The position numbers were made by a program, and so were the translations under genes. The notes beneath the pieces are model-generated. The model was not told the origin of the DNA and did no database searches. It worked only from the letters and a program-made list of their open reading frames with translations. Of a stretch of 64,000 nt of DNA, positions 17,167 through 27,195 are shown piece by piece (positions within the stretch are counted from its first letter, which is position 1; each line of letters opens with the position of its first letter). Source of the stretch: an uncultured Candidatus Saccharibacteria bacterium (GTDB lineage Bacteria; Patescibacteriota; JABMPQ01; JAQVVF01); contig CAZNOH010000001.1 of the NCBI GenBank assembly GCA_964574655.1, positions 73,852 through 137,851 of the forward strand, written 5' to 3'.

Positions 17167-18459
17167 ATGGCAAAAAAGAAAAAGAAAAAAATTATTAAAA
17201 AAACTGTAAAGAAAATGGTCAATAAAGCTAATAAAAAAATTAAGAAATCTTTTGTTTCTAAAAAAACGAAAGGTTCAAAAGAATTTTATTGCCGTGTCTG
17301 CAGTAAATATCATATAAAAAATTCTAAAATAGGAAGATCCCATCTTAGAAAATTTGTTTTGAGAAAAAAAAGCCGTCCGCAAAGAATGTTCATAGAAAAA
17401 AAGGAAATCAAAAAAGAAGATATTGATTATTTAATTAGAAAAGGACGCGAGCAAGGCTTTGTAACTGAGTATGAAATAATTTATACTATTCCTTATCTTG
17501 AAGATAACATTGATGTTTTAGAAGATTTGATTGATGAATTTATCAGAAATGGCATTGAAGTCAAAGAGCCAGAAGAAAGATTGATAATGGAAGACAAGAA
17601 AGAAAAAGCTGGATCCAAAATTGATTTAAGCGCATTATCTTCTGATTCTATTCAGATGTATTTGAGAGAAATTGGCAAGGTGCCATTATTAAAAAATGTA
17701 GAGGAAGTTGATTTGGCAAAAAGAAAAGATGCTGGAGATCAAGAGGCTTTTAAAATGTTGGTTGAAGCTAACTTGAGATTGGTTGTTTCAATTGCTAAAA
17801 AATATACTGGCCGAAATTTAACTTTGCTTGACTTAATTCAAGAAGGAAATATGGGCTTGTTCAAGGCTGTTGAAAAATTTGATTATCGCAGAGGTTATAA
17901 ATTTTCAACTTATGCAACTTGGTGGATTAGACAAGCAATAACGAGAGCTTTGGCTGATCAATCTAGAACAATCAGAATTCCTGTGCATATGGTTGAAACG
18001 ATTAATAAATTTACTCAAGTTGAAAGAAGGTTGGTTCAGGAATTGGGACGCGAGCCATTGCCAGAGGAAATTGCCGCTGAAATGGGAATTGAGATTGACA
18101 AGGCTAGAAATATAATTAAAATAAATCAAGATACTGTTTCTCTTGATACTTCTGTCGGCGATGATGATGATGAAAGCACATTGTCGGATTTTATTCAGGA
18201 TGTAAAAAGCGTTTCTCCAGATCAAGCGGCAGCTTTGAGATTATTGAAAGATCATATCAAAGAAGCGATTCAATATTTAACTCCGAGAGAACAGAAAATT
18301 CTTGAGATGCGTTTTGGATTGGTTGATGGAGTTGGACATACTTTGGAAGAGGTTGGACGAGAATTCGGCGTGACGCGTGAAAGAATTAGGCAGATTGAAG
18401 CGAAAGCATTGGAAAAAATTCGGGCTCATGATCTTGTTAAGAAGCTCCGTGAGTATTAG
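17167..18459 (+). CDS. rpoD: RNA polymerase sigma factor RpoD (sigma-70)
   Basis: Region 2.4 [13 protein letters not shown]; region 4.2 [20 protein letters not shown]; Lys-rich N-terminal extension; immediately downstream of dnaG as in the classical dnaG-rpoD operon. Confidence 0.9.
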   Translation: MAKKKKKKIIKKTVKKMVNKANKKIKKSFVSKKTKGSKEFYCRVCSKYHIKNSKIGRSHLRKFVLRKKSRPQRMFIEKKEIKKEDIDYLIRKGREQGFVTEYEIIYTIPYLEDNIDVLEDLIDEFIRNGIEVKEPEERLIMEDKKEKAGSKIDLSALSSDSIQMYLREIGKVPLLKNVEEVDLAKRKDAGDQEAFKMLVEANLRLVVSIAKKYTGRNLTLLDLIQEGNMGLFKAVEKFDYRRGYKFSTYATWWIRQAITRALADQSRTIRIPVHMVETINKFTQVERRLVQELGREPLPEEIAAEMGIEIDKARNIIKINQDTVSLDTSVGDDDDESTLSDFIQDVKSVSPDQAAALRLLKDHIKEAIQYLTPREQKILEMRFGLVDGVGHTLEEVGREFGVTRERIRQIEAKALEKIRAHDLVKKLREY

Positions 18460-18575
18460 TTGTTTGTGATATCTTTTTTAGAATAACAAAATAACTAAAT
18501 AACATAATAACAAAAGTGAATTATAAATTAGAAATTTTGTTATTTATAATTTAGTCATTTAGTTATTAATAATGT

Positions 18576-18647
18576 TCCCAGGTAGCGCAGTGGTAGCGCA
18601 GGAGACTGTTAATCTCTTGGTCGCGAGTTCGAATCTCGCCCTGGGAG
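18576..18647 (+). tRNA. tRNA-Asn (anticodon GUU)
   Basis: Cloverleaf resolved by hand: acceptor tcccagg/cctggga, D-stem gcgc/gcgc, anticodon stem ggaga/tctct with loop cuGUUaa, T-arm gcgag-ttcgaat-ctcgc; CCA not encoded. Confidence 0.8.
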
Positions 18648-18654
18648 TTCAAAA

Positions 18655-18680
18655 AACAAGGTTTGATGCCTTGTTTTTTG
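18655..18680. terminator. bidirectional terminator caagg-tttgatg-ccttg + T-run
   Basis: Stem-loop plus T6 between the tRNA-Asn (+) and the NHL gene (-). Confidence 0.5.
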
Positions 18681-18701
18681 TTGTCTAATTTTTAAAAATT
18701 A

Positions 18702-20747
18702 TTATCTTGATATTTCTCTGACAAGATCGTTGGCATAATCTGCAAGGTATATTTTTTTGTTGGCAAAATCAAATCCGTTGGGGTTGGAGAAGCGAGTATT
18801 ATTTTTTGAGCCATTTTGGAAGCCTCTTCTGCCATTACCAGAAATTAAAGAGGTGGTTTGATTGTCAAAATTGATCATTCTTAATCTTAAATTTCCAGCT
18901 TCTGTAAAATAGAGATTGCCGTCTGGTCCAATTTTGACATACACTGGAATGGATAGGCGAGCGTAAATTAAATAATCTTCAGAATAACCGCTTTTGCTTG
19001 GTCCGCCAGCTAAAGTGGAAACATAATTAGTGTCTAAATTAATGTTTCTGATAGCGCTATTATATTTGTCGGCAATGTAAAGAGTATTTCCAGAAGGTGA
19101 AACAGCAATAGTAAAAGGTCCGCGAAATTGAGCTTGATTATTATAGCCGTTAGCATAGCCTTCATTGCCTGAGCCGGCAATCAGCGAAGTTTGGCCGGTC
19201 GCAATATCGACTTTGCGAACGCGATTATTGGAAGCGTCAGCAATATATAAGGTTTTTTCATCTTTAGAAAGAGCAATGCCTGTTGGACGATCAAAATAGG
19301 CACAGCCAGCAATTCCTTTTCGCATTTCATTTTTGCAGGCTTTTCCTTCGGCATAGCCATTTCTTGATTCATTAGAAGAATTGATCTCGCCAGCGCCAGT
19401 AATGTAGGACGTTTTTTCTGTTTTAGTATCAATTTTTCTGATCCGATTATTATTGCGATCAGCAACATAAAGAGTTTTACCGTCTTTGGTTATGGCAATG
19501 CTGGTTGGGTCGGAAAGTCGGGCTTTGTTTCCTTTTCCTTCTTTATAGCTATCCATTGGATGGCCAGCAAGGTGTTGCAGTTTTTGCGATAGAAAGTTAA
19601 AAACGAAGACTTGATTATTAGCAGTAAAATACATTTTATTTTGAGCAATTGCAATATCTTTTGGCCGGCCAGCTTGGGCCTTTTTAATTTTTTTCATTTC
19701 TTGCGCGTAGCGATGTTTGCCAGCAATTCTTAATTTTGATTTTTTAGCGCCTTTTTTATTAAATTTATAAATACTTGATCCGCCATTGTAAAGAATATAT
19801 ATTTTTGGAACTAAGATTTTGTTTTTTTTGTTTTTTAATTTTACTTTTTCTTCTTTAATTAATACTTGTGATGGATAATTCAATAATTCTGTTTCTAAAA
19901 TTTTGTGCAATCTTTTTGTTTTTAGATTGCTTAGATTTATTTTCCATAATCTGTTCCAAACTCCATTATCGCTTTCAACAACATATAGAGAATTTTCGAA
20001 AACTTGAATGCCGCCGAAATTGTTGGCATTTCGGAAAACGGTAATTTTTTGTCCGGAAACTAGAGATAAACCGATCACGCCTTTCAATTGTTCGCTAGCA
20101 ATATAAAGCATGTTGTCGTTCCAGGCGAGTTTTTTTGGAGTCAAAATATCGCTATTAACAACTGACATATTATTACCGGAAAAATTAGTTTTAAGAATAC
20201 GATTATTATTGGTATCAGCAATAAATAGTTCATTGCCTTTGATCATGACATCTTTTGGTTGGCGAAGATCAGTAACAATTGTGCTGACATTATTTGTGCC
20301 GTGGTCAATTTTTCTAATTATGTTGTTGCTTGTATCGGCAACATAAATATTTTTTTGGGCATCAATGGCGATTCCTTCTGGAAAGCCGAAAGTTGCTCTA
20401 TCTGGCGAGCCGTTTATTTTGCCATAGTCGCCATTGCCGGCAATTTTGGTAACTTTACTTGTTTTGAAATTAATTTTTCGAATAATATTGTTCATGGTGT
20501 CAGCAATATAAAAATTGCCTTTGGAATCTTGGACAAAATCTTGAGACATATCAAGATAAGCTTTTAATGCTTTTTTGCCATCGCCGTAGAAGATCTTGCC
20601 AAAGTAAGTTTTGGAATCTCCCAAAGCGGCAGATGCAGGATTGACGGCGCAAAAGATTATTGCGCCGGCAATAAATGCGATGATTTTTTTGGTCATGTTG
20701 TTTTTTTTATTTTTTATAGTTTTTTTGAATTGAGTTAAGTATACCAT
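18702..20747 (-). CDS. secreted NHL-repeat beta-propeller protein
   Basis: 681 aa; signal/TM anchor; recurring YIADTxNNxIRKID NHL repeats. Confidence 0.75.
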   Translation of the reverse strand: MVYLTQFKKTIKNKKNNMTKKIIAFIAGAIIFCAVNPASAALGDSKTYFGKIFYGDGKKALKAYLDMSQDFVQDSKGNFYIADTMNNIIRKINFKTSKVTKIAGNGDYGKINGSPDRATFGFPEGIAIDAQKNIYVADTSNNIIRKIDHGTNNVSTIVTDLRQPKDVMIKGNELFIADTNNNRILKTNFSGNNMSVVNSDILTPKKLAWNDNMLYIASEQLKGVIGLSLVSGQKITVFRNANNFGGIQVFENSLYVVESDNGVWNRLWKINLSNLKTKRLHKILETELLNYPSQVLIKEEKVKLKNKKNKILVPKIYILYNGGSSIYKFNKKGAKKSKLRIAGKHRYAQEMKKIKKAQAGRPKDIAIAQNKMYFTANNQVFVFNFLSQKLQHLAGHPMDSYKEGKGNKARLSDPTSIAITKDGKTLYVADRNNNRIRKIDTKTEKTSYITGAGEINSSNESRNGYAEGKACKNEMRKGIAGCAYFDRPTGIALSKDEKTLYIADASNNRVRKVDIATGQTSLIAGSGNEGYANGYNNQAQFRGPFTIAVSPSGNTLYIADKYNSAIRNINLDTNYVSTLAGGPSKSGYSEDYLIYARLSIPVYVKIGPDGNLYFTEAGNLRLRMINFDNQTTSLISGNGRRGFQNGSKNNTRFSNPNGFDFANKKIYLADYANDLVREISR

Positions 20748-20906
20748 TTTTTATTTTATTGAATAGATTTTTTTGTTTGTTAACAATTTAAGATATAATA
20801 TAATTGATTTTAAAAAAATATGCAGAGAAAAGGAGGTTGAATGCCTTGTTTTTTGTTGGCTAGTTTTGTGATATAATTATATTAATATGTTTTATTAAAA
20901 TAAATT

Positions 20907-21533
20907 ATGATTTACTTAATTGGCGGTCCTCCAAAATGTGGAAAGACGACTTTGTCAAAAAAAATATCAAAATTGTTTGGTATTCCTTGGGTTTCAACCG
21001 ATACTCTTCAGTGTGTAATTAAGCCGTATTTGGCTAATAAAAATTTATCAAAAAGTTTTCCCACTTGCGATCAGCGTTGCAAAGATAATGACGAAAAATA
21101 TTCTAAGTATTCGATAGAAGAAATTATCAAAGCATATCAACAACAGGCAAAAACTGTATATAAAGCGATAGATATGTTTGTTGAATGTGAAATTACTGAT
21201 GGCAATGATTTTATTGTTGAAGGCTATCATGTTGAGCCAGAATTAGTTTCAAAATTAAATTCAAAATATCCTGGAAAAATAAAGAGTATTTTTCTTGTAA
21301 AATCTGATATGGAAAAATTTGTTAGTGATATAAAGAAAACTACAACTCCAAATGATTGGATAATTGCGAGAACTAAAAATGAAGAAACTTATAAAAAAAT
21401 TGCAAAGATGATTTGTGAATACGGAAATTATTTTGAAAAAGAATCCGAAAAATATAGATTAAAAGTATTGAATATGGATATTGATTTTGATAATAAAATA
21501 AAAGAGGCCGTTGATTATTTGAGGGCTGAATAA
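20907..21533 (+). CDS. P-loop NTPase/kinase, unknown specificity
   Basis: Walker A IGGPPKCGKTTL at the N-terminus; 208 aa. Confidence 0.5.
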   Translation: MIYLIGGPPKCGKTTLSKKISKLFGIPWVSTDTLQCVIKPYLANKNLSKSFPTCDQRCKDNDEKYSKYSIEEIIKAYQQQAKTVYKAIDMFVECEITDGNDFIVEGYHVEPELVSKLNSKYPGKIKSIFLVKSDMEKFVSDIKKTTTPNDWIIARTKNEETYKKIAKMICEYGNYFEKESEKYRLKVLNMDIDFDNKIKEAVDYLRAE

Positions 21534-21549
21534 AATTAATTTTTATAAT

Positions 21550-21795
21550 ATGGATAAAATAAATACAATAACTAAAATTGCTATATTTCGGAAAAAAGAA
21601 ATTCGAAGAATTATTTATAAAAATGAGTGGTGGTTTTCGGTCAATGATGTTATAGAGGTTTTGATAGGTACTAAAAGACCTAGAAAGTATTGGAGTGATT
21701 TAAAGAGAAAACTATTAAAAGAAGGATATTCTCAGTTGTCCGCAAAAATCGGACGACTGAAAGTATTCTCGTTTTGGGAACATTTGAGATGTTGA
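21550..21795 (+). pseudogene. Bro-N/DinD-like domain fragment (phage anti-repressor-type N-terminal domain)
   Basis: 81 aa; FRKKEIRRIIYKNEWWFSVNDVIEVLIG matches the Bro-N/DinD core; truncated, with further short in-frame fragments downstream (to about 21930). Confidence 0.4.
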
Positions 21796-21949
21796 TAAAA
21801 AAGAGATAAGGAGCTTAATTTCTACTGGGGGACAAATTGTCTCCTCCTTTGAAATGATGGCTAAGGATGGCAAAAAAGTTTCGACGAGCAGAAATTATTT
21901 GCCAAAATTAAAAAGTAGAAAAAAACTAAATTGATTAATTTAAAATAAA

Positions 21950-24388
21950 ATGCAAAATATAGGTTTAACTTCAGAAGAAGTTTTAAAAATTCAAGAAAAA
22001 AGCGGTCAAAATGTTTTACCTTCAGAAAAGAAATTTACTTGGTTTTCTATTTTGGTCAATCAATTCAAGAGTCCAATCATCTACGTTTATTTGGCGGTTA
22101 TTGCGATATCTTTGTTTTTGAAAGAATACATTGATATTTTATTGTTAGGCGCAGTAGTTATTTTGGATGTTGCGATGGGTTTTTTTCAAGAATACAAGGC
22201 ACAAAAAACTTTAGAAGAATTAAAAAAAATCTTGAAGCCAAGAGCTGTTGTATTTCGTGATGGAAAGAATCAAGAAATAAGCTCTTCTGATCTTGTGCCG
22301 GAAGATATTGTTGTTTTAAATTCTGGAGATAAGATACCAGCTGATGGGTTTTTAGTTGAAGGAATAAATTTGTTAGTCAATGAGGCAATATTGACTGGCG
22401 AGGAGGAAGCAGTTGAGAAAACTGTAGATTCCAAAAGACGAAAACTTTTTATGGGTACAACTGTTATCTATGGTCGAGGTTTGATGAAAATAGAAAAAAT
22501 TGGCAAAGAAACCGAGATTGGTAAAATTGGAAAAAGTTTAGTAACAATTGAGGATACAAAAACGCCATTGCAGAAAAAGCTGGAAAAGTTTTCCAAAAGT
22601 ATACTTTTTATAGTTTTGGCTATTTGTGGAATAATTTTTTTGTTTGGCGTTTTGAATCATCAGGATATTTGGCAGATGTTGCGAATTTCAATTATTTTAT
22701 CAATTGCGGCAATTCCAACTGGTTTGCCAGTTGTAATAACTGTTATCCTGGCTATAGGCATGAGACGGATTTTGAAGAAAAAGGGATTAGTGAAAAATTT
22801 GTTATCAATAGAAACATTAGGATCAACTTCAGTTATTTGTACTGATAAGACTGGCACTTTAACAGCAGGAAACATGATGGTGGCAAAGACTTGGTTTATG
22901 GATGAACAAAAAGCGAACTTGGCAATGATTTTGGATAATAACCAGAGAAGCAATTTAGAAATTGCTTTGTGGAATTACTTGAAAGATGAAAAAGATCTTA
23001 ATCCGCAAGAAATTTTCAATAAGAATAAAAGATTATACGAAGAGCCTTTTGATAGCGAGAAAAAATACAGTTTGACGGTTAATGATGTTAATGGCAAGGA
23101 AATGGCTTTGTTAATGGGAGCGCCAGAACTTGTTTTGTCTTTTTGTGAATTAACTGATGAGGAAACAAAAAATATTTTAAGCAAGATTGATGAATTTGCA
23201 GAGAGCGGTTTAAGAATTTTGGGAATAGCAGGAAAGGAAGATGGCGATTTGAAAAGAACTAATGATTATAAATGGCTAGGATTAATTGGCGTGTCTGATC
23301 CGATCAGACCTGAAGTAAAAGGCGTAATTAAGAAAGCCCAAGAAGCAGGCATAAAAGTAAAAATTGTGACTGGCGATTTTCGAAAAACTGCCGAGAGAGT
23401 GGCGATGAATTTAGGCTTTGAAATTCATGACGGCAATGTTTTGGAAGGCAAGGATTTGGAAAAAATGTCGGAAACAGAATTAAAAGAAAAAATTGAAAAA
23501 ATTGTGTTGTTTTCTAGAGTGACGCCACATCAGAAATTAAAAATCGTTAAGGCTTTGCAAGATAATGGCGAGGTTGTGGCAATGACAGGCGATGGCGTGA
23601 ATGACGCACCGGCTTTGAAGAAAGCTGATATTGGCGTGGCGGTTGGATCAGCAACCGAAGTTGCAAAAGAGGCGGCTGATTTGATTTTACTGGATAATAA
23701 TTTTAAAACTATTGTTGCTGCTTGTGAAGAAGGAAGATTGATCTTTTCGAACATGAAAAAAGTGATTGGTTATTGTTTGTCTAATTCTTTTGTGGAAATT
23801 GTTTTGATTTTTGGGGCAATGCTTTTAGGATTGCCAGCGCCTTTGTTGATTGTGCAAATTCTTTTTGTGCACTTAATTTGTGATGGTCCGCCAGATATAA
23901 TTTTGAGCTTTGAGCTAAAAGAAAAAGGTTTGATGTTAGAAGTTCCAAAGAAATTAAAGTCAGAACAGATTTTGAATAGATGGATGAAGTTTTTGATTTT
24001 TACAATAAGTTTGGCTGTTGGTGGTTTTGTCTTAGGATTGTTCTGGTATTTTAATAACAAAACTGGCGATATTAATTTGGCGAGGACAATTGCTTTTGCG
24101 ACGATTGCGGCAGTTGATTTGATTTATATTTTTTCTTATAAAGATTTGCGCAATTCCATTTTTAGCATGAAGAACTTTTTTGCTAACAAATGGCTGTTTT
24201 GGGGAGTAGGCTATGGTTTTGTTTTGTTGTTGTTGGCAATTTATGTGCCTTATTTAAATAAAGCATTGCAAGTTGTGCCTTTGAGAGCGCGGGATTGGGT
24301 GTTAGTTATTGGCGTTGGATTTTTGGCGATGGTTTGGGTAGAGATTGTGAAGTGGGTAAGTAATCGTAAACGAGTTAAAAGTTCATAA
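21950..24388 (+). CDS. cation-transporting P-type ATPase (P2-type, Ca2+/Mg2+-like)
   Basis: 812 aa; ICTDKTGTLT phosphorylation motif; TGDGVNDAPALKKADIGVAVG hinge; 8-10 TM helices. Confidence 0.85.
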   Translation: MQNIGLTSEEVLKIQEKSGQNVLPSEKKFTWFSILVNQFKSPIIYVYLAVIAISLFLKEYIDILLLGAVVILDVAMGFFQEYKAQKTLEELKKILKPRAVVFRDGKNQEISSSDLVPEDIVVLNSGDKIPADGFLVEGINLLVNEAILTGEEEAVEKTVDSKRRKLFMGTTVIYGRGLMKIEKIGKETEIGKIGKSLVTIEDTKTPLQKKLEKFSKSILFIVLAICGIIFLFGVLNHQDIWQMLRISIILSIAAIPTGLPVVITVILAIGMRRILKKKGLVKNLLSIETLGSTSVICTDKTGTLTAGNMMVAKTWFMDEQKANLAMILDNNQRSNLEIALWNYLKDEKDLNPQEIFNKNKRLYEEPFDSEKKYSLTVNDVNGKEMALLMGAPELVLSFCELTDEETKNILSKIDEFAESGLRILGIAGKEDGDLKRTNDYKWLGLIGVSDPIRPEVKGVIKKAQEAGIKVKIVTGDFRKTAERVAMNLGFEIHDGNVLEGKDLEKMSETELKEKIEKIVLFSRVTPHQKLKIVKALQDNGEVVAMTGDGVNDAPALKKADIGVAVGSATEVAKEAADLILLDNNFKTIVAACEEGRLIFSNMKKVIGYCLSNSFVEIVLIFGAMLLGLPAPLLIVQILFVHLICDGPPDIILSFELKEKGLMLEVPKKLKSEQILNRWMKFLIFTISLAVGGFVLGLFWYFNNKTGDINLARTIAFATIAAVDLIYIFSYKDLRNSIFSMKNFFANKWLFWGVGYGFVLLLLAIYVPYLNKALQVVPLRARDWVLVIGVGFLAMVWVEIVKWVSNRKRVKSS

Positions 24389-24412
24389 AGTTTTTAAAGT
24401 TGTAAAGTGTTA

Positions 24413-24445
24413 TTGACTTTTTGGTTTATATTAAGGTAAAATATC
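24413..24445 (+). promoter_or_regulatory. sigma70-like promoter TTGACT-18-TAAAAT
   Basis: Canonical hexamers upstream of SD aaaggaggag and the ATG at 24494. Confidence 0.4.
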
Positions 24446-24493
24446 TAGATAATTGTTTTTGCTAGGTTCTTTTCAAAAAAAGGAGGAGACACA

Positions 24494-24931
24494 ATGTTGT
24501 ACGCGAGTGAATTAAAGAAAGATGATGTTGTGTTTGTTGTCAGAGATATTGTATTGTCTGATCGTTTATGTATTGTTCGTGGTACGAGAGCAAAAGTGAT
24601 TTGTGTTGATGATTTTCGAGCAGATTTTGAAATCGTTTCGAGTAATGATGTGGTGTTGGGTGGAACCATATTTTCACTTTATGATGCATTAGGAAGGCAT
24701 GCGAATTGTAATGAATCTGTAGCGAGTGTTGTTCTTGTTTTTCGTAAAGATGGACTCGGACCTGGTTTGGATTATGAAATTTCTGAAGGTAATGAGCCGT
24801 ATCCAATAGTTCCTGTAGATAGATTTGTGACTGTTTTTGGACCGCCAGGCATTTGGGATTCTGCTGACTGCGGTGTTGATGCTCTTACTTCTTTTGGTAG
24901 GCATGTTATTGAGTCTGAAACTAGAAGTTAG
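24494..24931 (+). CDS. hypothetical protein
   Basis: 145 aa; strong SD; no recognisable domain. Confidence 0.45.
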   Translation: MLYASELKKDDVVFVVRDIVLSDRLCIVRGTRAKVICVDDFRADFEIVSSNDVVLGGTIFSLYDALGRHANCNESVASVVLVFRKDGLGPGLDYEISEGNEPYPIVPVDRFVTVFGPPGIWDSADCGVDALTSFGRHVIESETRS

Positions 24932-24975
24932 TTCATTTGTGTATTGCCTAGACTTTTTTGTCTGGGTTTTTTTTA

Positions 24976-25022
24976 TTGACAAGTATTATTTATTATTATA
25001 ATATATCAATATATATTGATAT
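24976..25022 (+). promoter_or_regulatory. duplicated arsR-type promoter plus 20-bp palindromic operator (ATATCAATATATATTGATAT)
   Basis: About 90% identical over ~85 bp to the arsR promoter region at 27149-27235; TTGACA-17-TAATAT followed by a perfect palindrome. Confidence 0.6.
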
Positions 25023-25092
25023 GAAAAAATGCAATTGTGAAAATAAGAAGAAAAAAGGTCGCGAGGAGGTCCAACCTCCAGCGGGAGGTTAG
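25021..25092 (+). pseudogene. truncated duplicate of the arsR 5' end (MKKCNCENKKKKG...) fused to a REP sequence
   Basis: First 12 codons match the arsR at 27194; the reading frame runs into the REP hairpins. Confidence 0.5.
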
Positions 25093-25117
25093 ACCTCCAG
25101 TTTAGACCTCCAGTTTA
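25061..25117. repeat. REP-like hairpin cluster (ggaggtccaacctcc / ggaggttagacctcc)
   Basis: Two or three tandem short hairpins; the same 30-mer gcgaggaggtccaacctccagcgggaggtt recurs at 25802. Confidence 0.65.
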
Positions 25118-25140
25118 GGTTTTTTTATTTTTAATAATAA

Positions 25141-25779
25141 ATGCTAAGAAAAGTTCCATTAGAAATTGAACATTATTATCATATATGTAATCGTGGTGTT
25201 GAAAAGATGGAGATTTTTAGAAATAATTTTGATTATTTTAGATTTTTGAGATCGATGAGAGAATTCAATGTTGAGAAAGCGATTGGGAGTTTACTTGAAT
25301 TAGAGATAAGAAGAAGAAATAATCTTGAAGTAAAAGCTTCCGGCCTGGTTGATATTATTTGTTATAGCTTGGTTTATAATCATGAACATATGATTTTGAA
25401 GCAATTGCAGGAGAAGGGTATTTCAAAATTTATGCATAAATTAGAGACGGGATATGCAATGTATTTTAATAATAAATATAAGCGGTCTGGATCTCTTTTT
25501 CAAGGGAAATTTAAGTCTATTCATATTACTAGTGAAACACAGTTGTGTTGGTTAAGCGCATATGTCAATTGTAATGTCGAAGTTCATAAAATAGCCAGTG
25601 CTGAAGGTTGGATGTGGTCGAGTTATCTTGATTATATTGGCAAGAGAAATGGGACTTTGTGCAAGAAAGATATCGTATTGGCTAATTTTCAGAATGTTGA
25701 AGAATATGGGCAATATTGTAAAGAGGTAATAAAAGAGGCGCAAGAAACTAAAAGAGCAGAGAAAGAGGATGATTTTTGA
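25141..25779 (+). CDS. REP-associated tyrosine transposase (RAYT, IS200/Y1 HUH family, COG1943-like)
   Basis: YHICNRGVEKMEIF N-terminal motif, HUH motif YNHEHMIL, GSLFQGKFKS and catalytic-Tyr region WMWSSYLDY; flanked by REP hairpins. Confidence 0.8.
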   Translation: MLRKVPLEIEHYYHICNRGVEKMEIFRNNFDYFRFLRSMREFNVEKAIGSLLELEIRRRNNLEVKASGLVDIICYSLVYNHEHMILKQLQEKGISKFMHKLETGYAMYFNNKYKRSGSLFQGKFKSIHITSETQLCWLSAYVNCNVEVHKIASAEGWMWSSYLDYIGKRNGTLCKKDIVLANFQNVEEYGQYCKEVIKEAQETKRAEKEDDF

Positions 25780-25801
25780 TAAAAAATTGCTAGGAGGAGT
25801 T

Positions 25802-25850
25802 GCGAGGAGGTCCAACCTCCAGCGGGAGGTTGGACCTCCAAGAAGTAAAA
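25802..25850. repeat. REP-like hairpin cluster (second copy)
   Basis: gcgaggaggtccaacctccagcgggaggttggacctcc, in direct orientation to the copy at 25061. Confidence 0.65.
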
Positions 25851-25921
25851 CCTCCAAGAAGTAAAAAATTTATAAAGTAAAAAAATCACCCCGTAATTTT
25901 GAGGTGATTTTTATTTTAGAA

Positions 25922-27016
25922 TTATCTTACAGTTAGTTTTATTTTCGGACTTTTCTTTTTATTATTAATAGTTTTTGCTTTGTAGTAGAATTTGCCTTTT
26001 TCAATTGCTTTGAATTTGTAGTCATAATAACCATTTTTCTTTTTTGTTTTTACTTGGGCTAAGAATGTAAATTCACTAGTGCCTTTTTTCTTATAGTAAA
26101 TATTAATTGCTGTGCCTTTTTTGCCTTTGGCTAACCAGCCGTAAAGTTTGGCGGTTTTATTTTTCTTGATTTTATTTTCGACAAAGGCAGCGCTTAATTT
26201 TTCTCTTTCTTGGGCCATAATTGTTTTACTGATTGTTGATGTAGCACTGGTATTGGTGTCGCCGGCTGTGAAAGTCAGATCAATATCAAAAATTACGCCG
26301 TTATCAGCAGTTACGGTTTTATTGATTGTGGATTGTTGGCCATCAATAAACAAAGCCATGTCAGCTGGAGTAACGGTCTTGCCAGACATAGTTGACATTA
26401 AGGTTAGCATTGTGCCAGGCATGTAAATTGTGTAGTAGCCTTTTAATCCGGCTGGGCCATTTAAGGTTAAACCAAAGCCCATTTGCTCTCTGGAAGTTGG
26501 AGGGCTGATTTGCCAATCAGTGATATTGGTGGAGACATAGCCGCCGGCCATGGAAGCAGGAGGTCCGGAAGTTTGAGGATTTTGCGGGGTTGGATCTTCG
26601 CCTGGAGCAATAAAGACAAAAGCTGATTCATTTGCTAGTTGGTTGTTGTCAGGAATAATAAATTGGTCGCCAATCCAGACAATTGTTGCTTGATGAGTCG
26701 TGGTATTGTAAGTGTAGCTTTGGATGAGCCCGCCGCTAATTAGTAGCATTGGAGAATAGAGTAGTTCTGTATCTGTGCCACTGACTGTAAAAATGCCAGT
26801 GTAGGTTGTGCCAGGAGCGTCATAACCAATGCCAAAAGTGACTTCTGTGCCACCTCTTGATGGTGTTGATTGGCGCGTGACTGGCGCTGCTGAGCCGTCT
26901 GAAAGCGTGATGGGAGCAGTGTCGTAGTCGACACTGTAAGCATCAGCTAATGTTGGGAGAAAGAATAGAATTCCTGCTCCAACAATAAAGAGGCTCAAGA
27001 CTAAGAGTCTTTTCAT
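25922..27016 (-). CDS. secreted Thr/Gly-rich surface protein with Lys-rich C-terminal tail
   Basis: Signal peptide ...FFLPTLADA; low-complexity T/G-rich central region; KKKGxxxYKxK C-terminal tail. Confidence 0.5.
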   Translation of the reverse strand: MKRLLVLSLFIVGAGILFFLPTLADAYSVDYDTAPITLSDGSAAPVTRQSTPSRGGTEVTFGIGYDAPGTTYTGIFTVSGTDTELLYSPMLLISGGLIQSYTYNTTTHQATIVWIGDQFIIPDNNQLANESAFVFIAPGEDPTPQNPQTSGPPASMAGGYVSTNITDWQISPPTSREQMGFGLTLNGPAGLKGYYTIYMPGTMLTLMSTMSGKTVTPADMALFIDGQQSTINKTVTADNGVIFDIDLTFTAGDTNTSATSTISKTIMAQEREKLSAAFVENKIKKNKTAKLYGWLAKGKKGTAINIYYKKKGTSEFTFLAQVKTKKKNGYYDYKFKAIEKGKFYYKAKTINNKKKSPKIKLTVR

Positions 27017-27148
27017 GTTTTTGTGTTAATTATTTATAATACGAATTTTACGAATGGCTTTGCCCGCGAATATCACGAATAAAATTTGTAAATTTTAATA
27101 TTTATATTATAGCATATTTTGTCAAGCAGGGTTGTGAATAACTTTTAT

Positions 27149-27195
27149 TTGACAAAGACTTGTTATTATTATAATATATCAATATATATTGATAT
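27149..27195 (+). promoter_or_regulatory. arsR promoter (TTGACA-17-TAATAT) with 20-bp palindromic operator overlapping the start codon
   Basis: Perfect palindrome ATATCAATATATATTGATAT (27176-27195) spans the ATG; typical autoregulatory ArsR/SmtB site. Confidence 0.6.

Noticed and set aside
19181-20567. ORFs antisense or overlapping the NHL-repeat gene (19181..19468 -, 20110..20346 +, 20259..20567 +)
   Set aside because: Embedded in a 681-aa gene with clear repeat structure, and no independent signals.
22624-24060. Multiple 60-100 aa ORFs on both strands within the P-type ATPase gene
   Set aside because: Shadow ORFs of an AT-rich coding region. The host gene has all the P-type ATPase motifs.
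24445-24982. Minus-strand ORFs 24445..24669, 24540..24806 and 24689..24982
   Set aside because: Antisense to ORF 24494..24931, which has a canonical promoter and SD; low-complexity translations.
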